NCBI GenBank assembly: GCA_018897195.1 | Contig: JAHILH010000001.1 | Location: 412,565 to 476,564, forward strand | Length of the DNA: 64,000 nucleotides | Source: Patescibacteria group bacterium | GTDB lineage: Bacteria; Patescibacteriota; Patescibacteriia; Patescibacteriales; UBA12075 | Direction: 5' to 3' | Shown: positions 63,500-64,000 of the stretch, one piece after another | Layout: the number at the start of each line of letters is the position of its first letter | Numbering within the stretch: the first letter of the stretch is position 1 | Notes under the pieces: model-generated | Seen by the model: only the letters and a program-made list of their open reading frames with translations | Told to the model about the DNA's origin: nothing | The model's database searches: none | Translations under genes and position numbers: made by a program

Positions 63500-64000
63500 T
63501 TACATCTTATTCTTATTATACTTCAATAAAGTTAGGAAAACAATTGCGAGCGCGAATAAAACCACACTCACAAAGGCGGCTTGGTTTAATTCATTCGCTT
63601 TCACTAGCTCAACGATATAAACTGGAATAGTTTTTATATTACTCGACACCGCCAAAGTGGCACCCGTTTCTGATAGACTACGCATAAAGACCATAATTGA
63701 ACCGGCAATTAGCGCAGGTTTGATTTGAGGCAATAAGATTGAGGTGAACATTTTACGGAAACTGGCACCAAGGGTAAAAGCCGCTTCTTCGGTCGCTTCG
63801 GAAATATCCTTGATAGCCGCTGAGACCGGCGCCACTAGCAAGGGAAAAGAAAAGCTAAGATGCGTGAGAACTAAAATCAATAATTCATTCCCAAAAAAAT
63901 TACGCCAGAACAAAACTAAAGAAAGACCCAGGGCGCTCGTTGGCACCAAGAGGACAACTTCATTTAAGATGTCTAACACCTTGCCCAGGCGATATTTATT
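63500..64000 (-). CDS. ABC importer permease, C-terminal part (gene continues past window end)
   Basis: EAA loop EEAAFTLGASFRKMFTSILLPQIKPAL. The ORF is open to the window edge. Confidence 0.75.
   Translation of the reverse strand, partial: NKYRLGKVLDILNEVVLLVPTSALGLSLVLFWRNFFGNELLILVLTHLSFSFPLLVAPVSAAIKDISEATEEAAFTLGASFRKMFTSILLPQIKPALIAGSIMVFMRSLSETGATLAVSSNIKTIPVYIVELVKANELNQAAFVSVVLFALAIVFLTLLKYNKNKM

Noticed and set aside
1-64000. Possibility of an alternative genetic code (UGA recoded as Gly, as in some CPR lineages).
   Set aside because: Long conserved genes are uninterrupted under the standard code. At least two stops are TGA (the HD-domain gene and the NUDIX gene), each at the expected protein end.
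1-64000. CRISPR arrays, rRNA genes, integrases, transposases and reverse transcriptases.
   Set aside because: No regularly spaced direct repeats with unique spacers were seen; the repeated hairpins are isolated terminators or MITE ends. No ORF shows integrase, transposase or RT motifs, and no rRNA-like GC-rich block is present.

Overview
The window is AT-rich, roughly mid-30s % GC by hand counts of sample stretches. It uses the standard genetic code, is gene-dense, and about 85% of genes lie on the minus strand. Gene content suggests a small-genome, Patescibacteria/CPR-like bacterium; this is an inference, since no marker search was possible. Supporting features are many short housekeeping genes, a short AlaRS, a lone trpB and a TraD-like ATPase module.

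The housekeeping backbone includes ahcY plus an adenosine-kinase-like gene, tsf, rpsB, mnmA, rplY, a RodA/FtsW-family gene, rnhA, recJ, lepA, alaS, cysS, parAB, tRNA-Leu(CAA), nrdAB, trpB, tRNA-Trp(CCA), rpmG and an ABC importer. Accessory material lies mainly at 36-48.8 kb and 55.5-61.8 kb.

Leads worth a second look, strongest first:
1. A self-contained radical-SAM/SPASM gene is followed by an unannotated 46-codon Cys/Asp/Glu-rich ORF and an HExxH protein (44.2-46.1 kb). This is a candidate new RiPP locus.
2. A classical ribosome-mediated attenuator sits upstream of the stand-alone trpB. It has an 18-codon leader peptide with tandem Trp codons, three alternative hairpins, and apparently a leaderless transcript (55.33-55.49 kb).
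3. A defence-like island lies next to tRNA-Trp. It holds a protein with a C-terminal TIR-like (Cap12/PycTIR-type) domain, an AbiJ-like protein and a PD-(D/E)xK-like protein (58.5-61.4 kb). It sits where rpmG-tRNA-Trp is normally followed by secE-nusG.
4. A 169-bp MITE-like element is present in 2 full copies and 1 solo end. Its terminal hairpins show compensatory base changes.
5. A single gene of foreign composition (mid-40s % GC, C/G-ending codons) has its own consensus promoter and terminator (12.4-13.9 kb).

All calls come from reading the sequence and the ORF translations by eye. No database search was run, so family names are recognition-level assignments.
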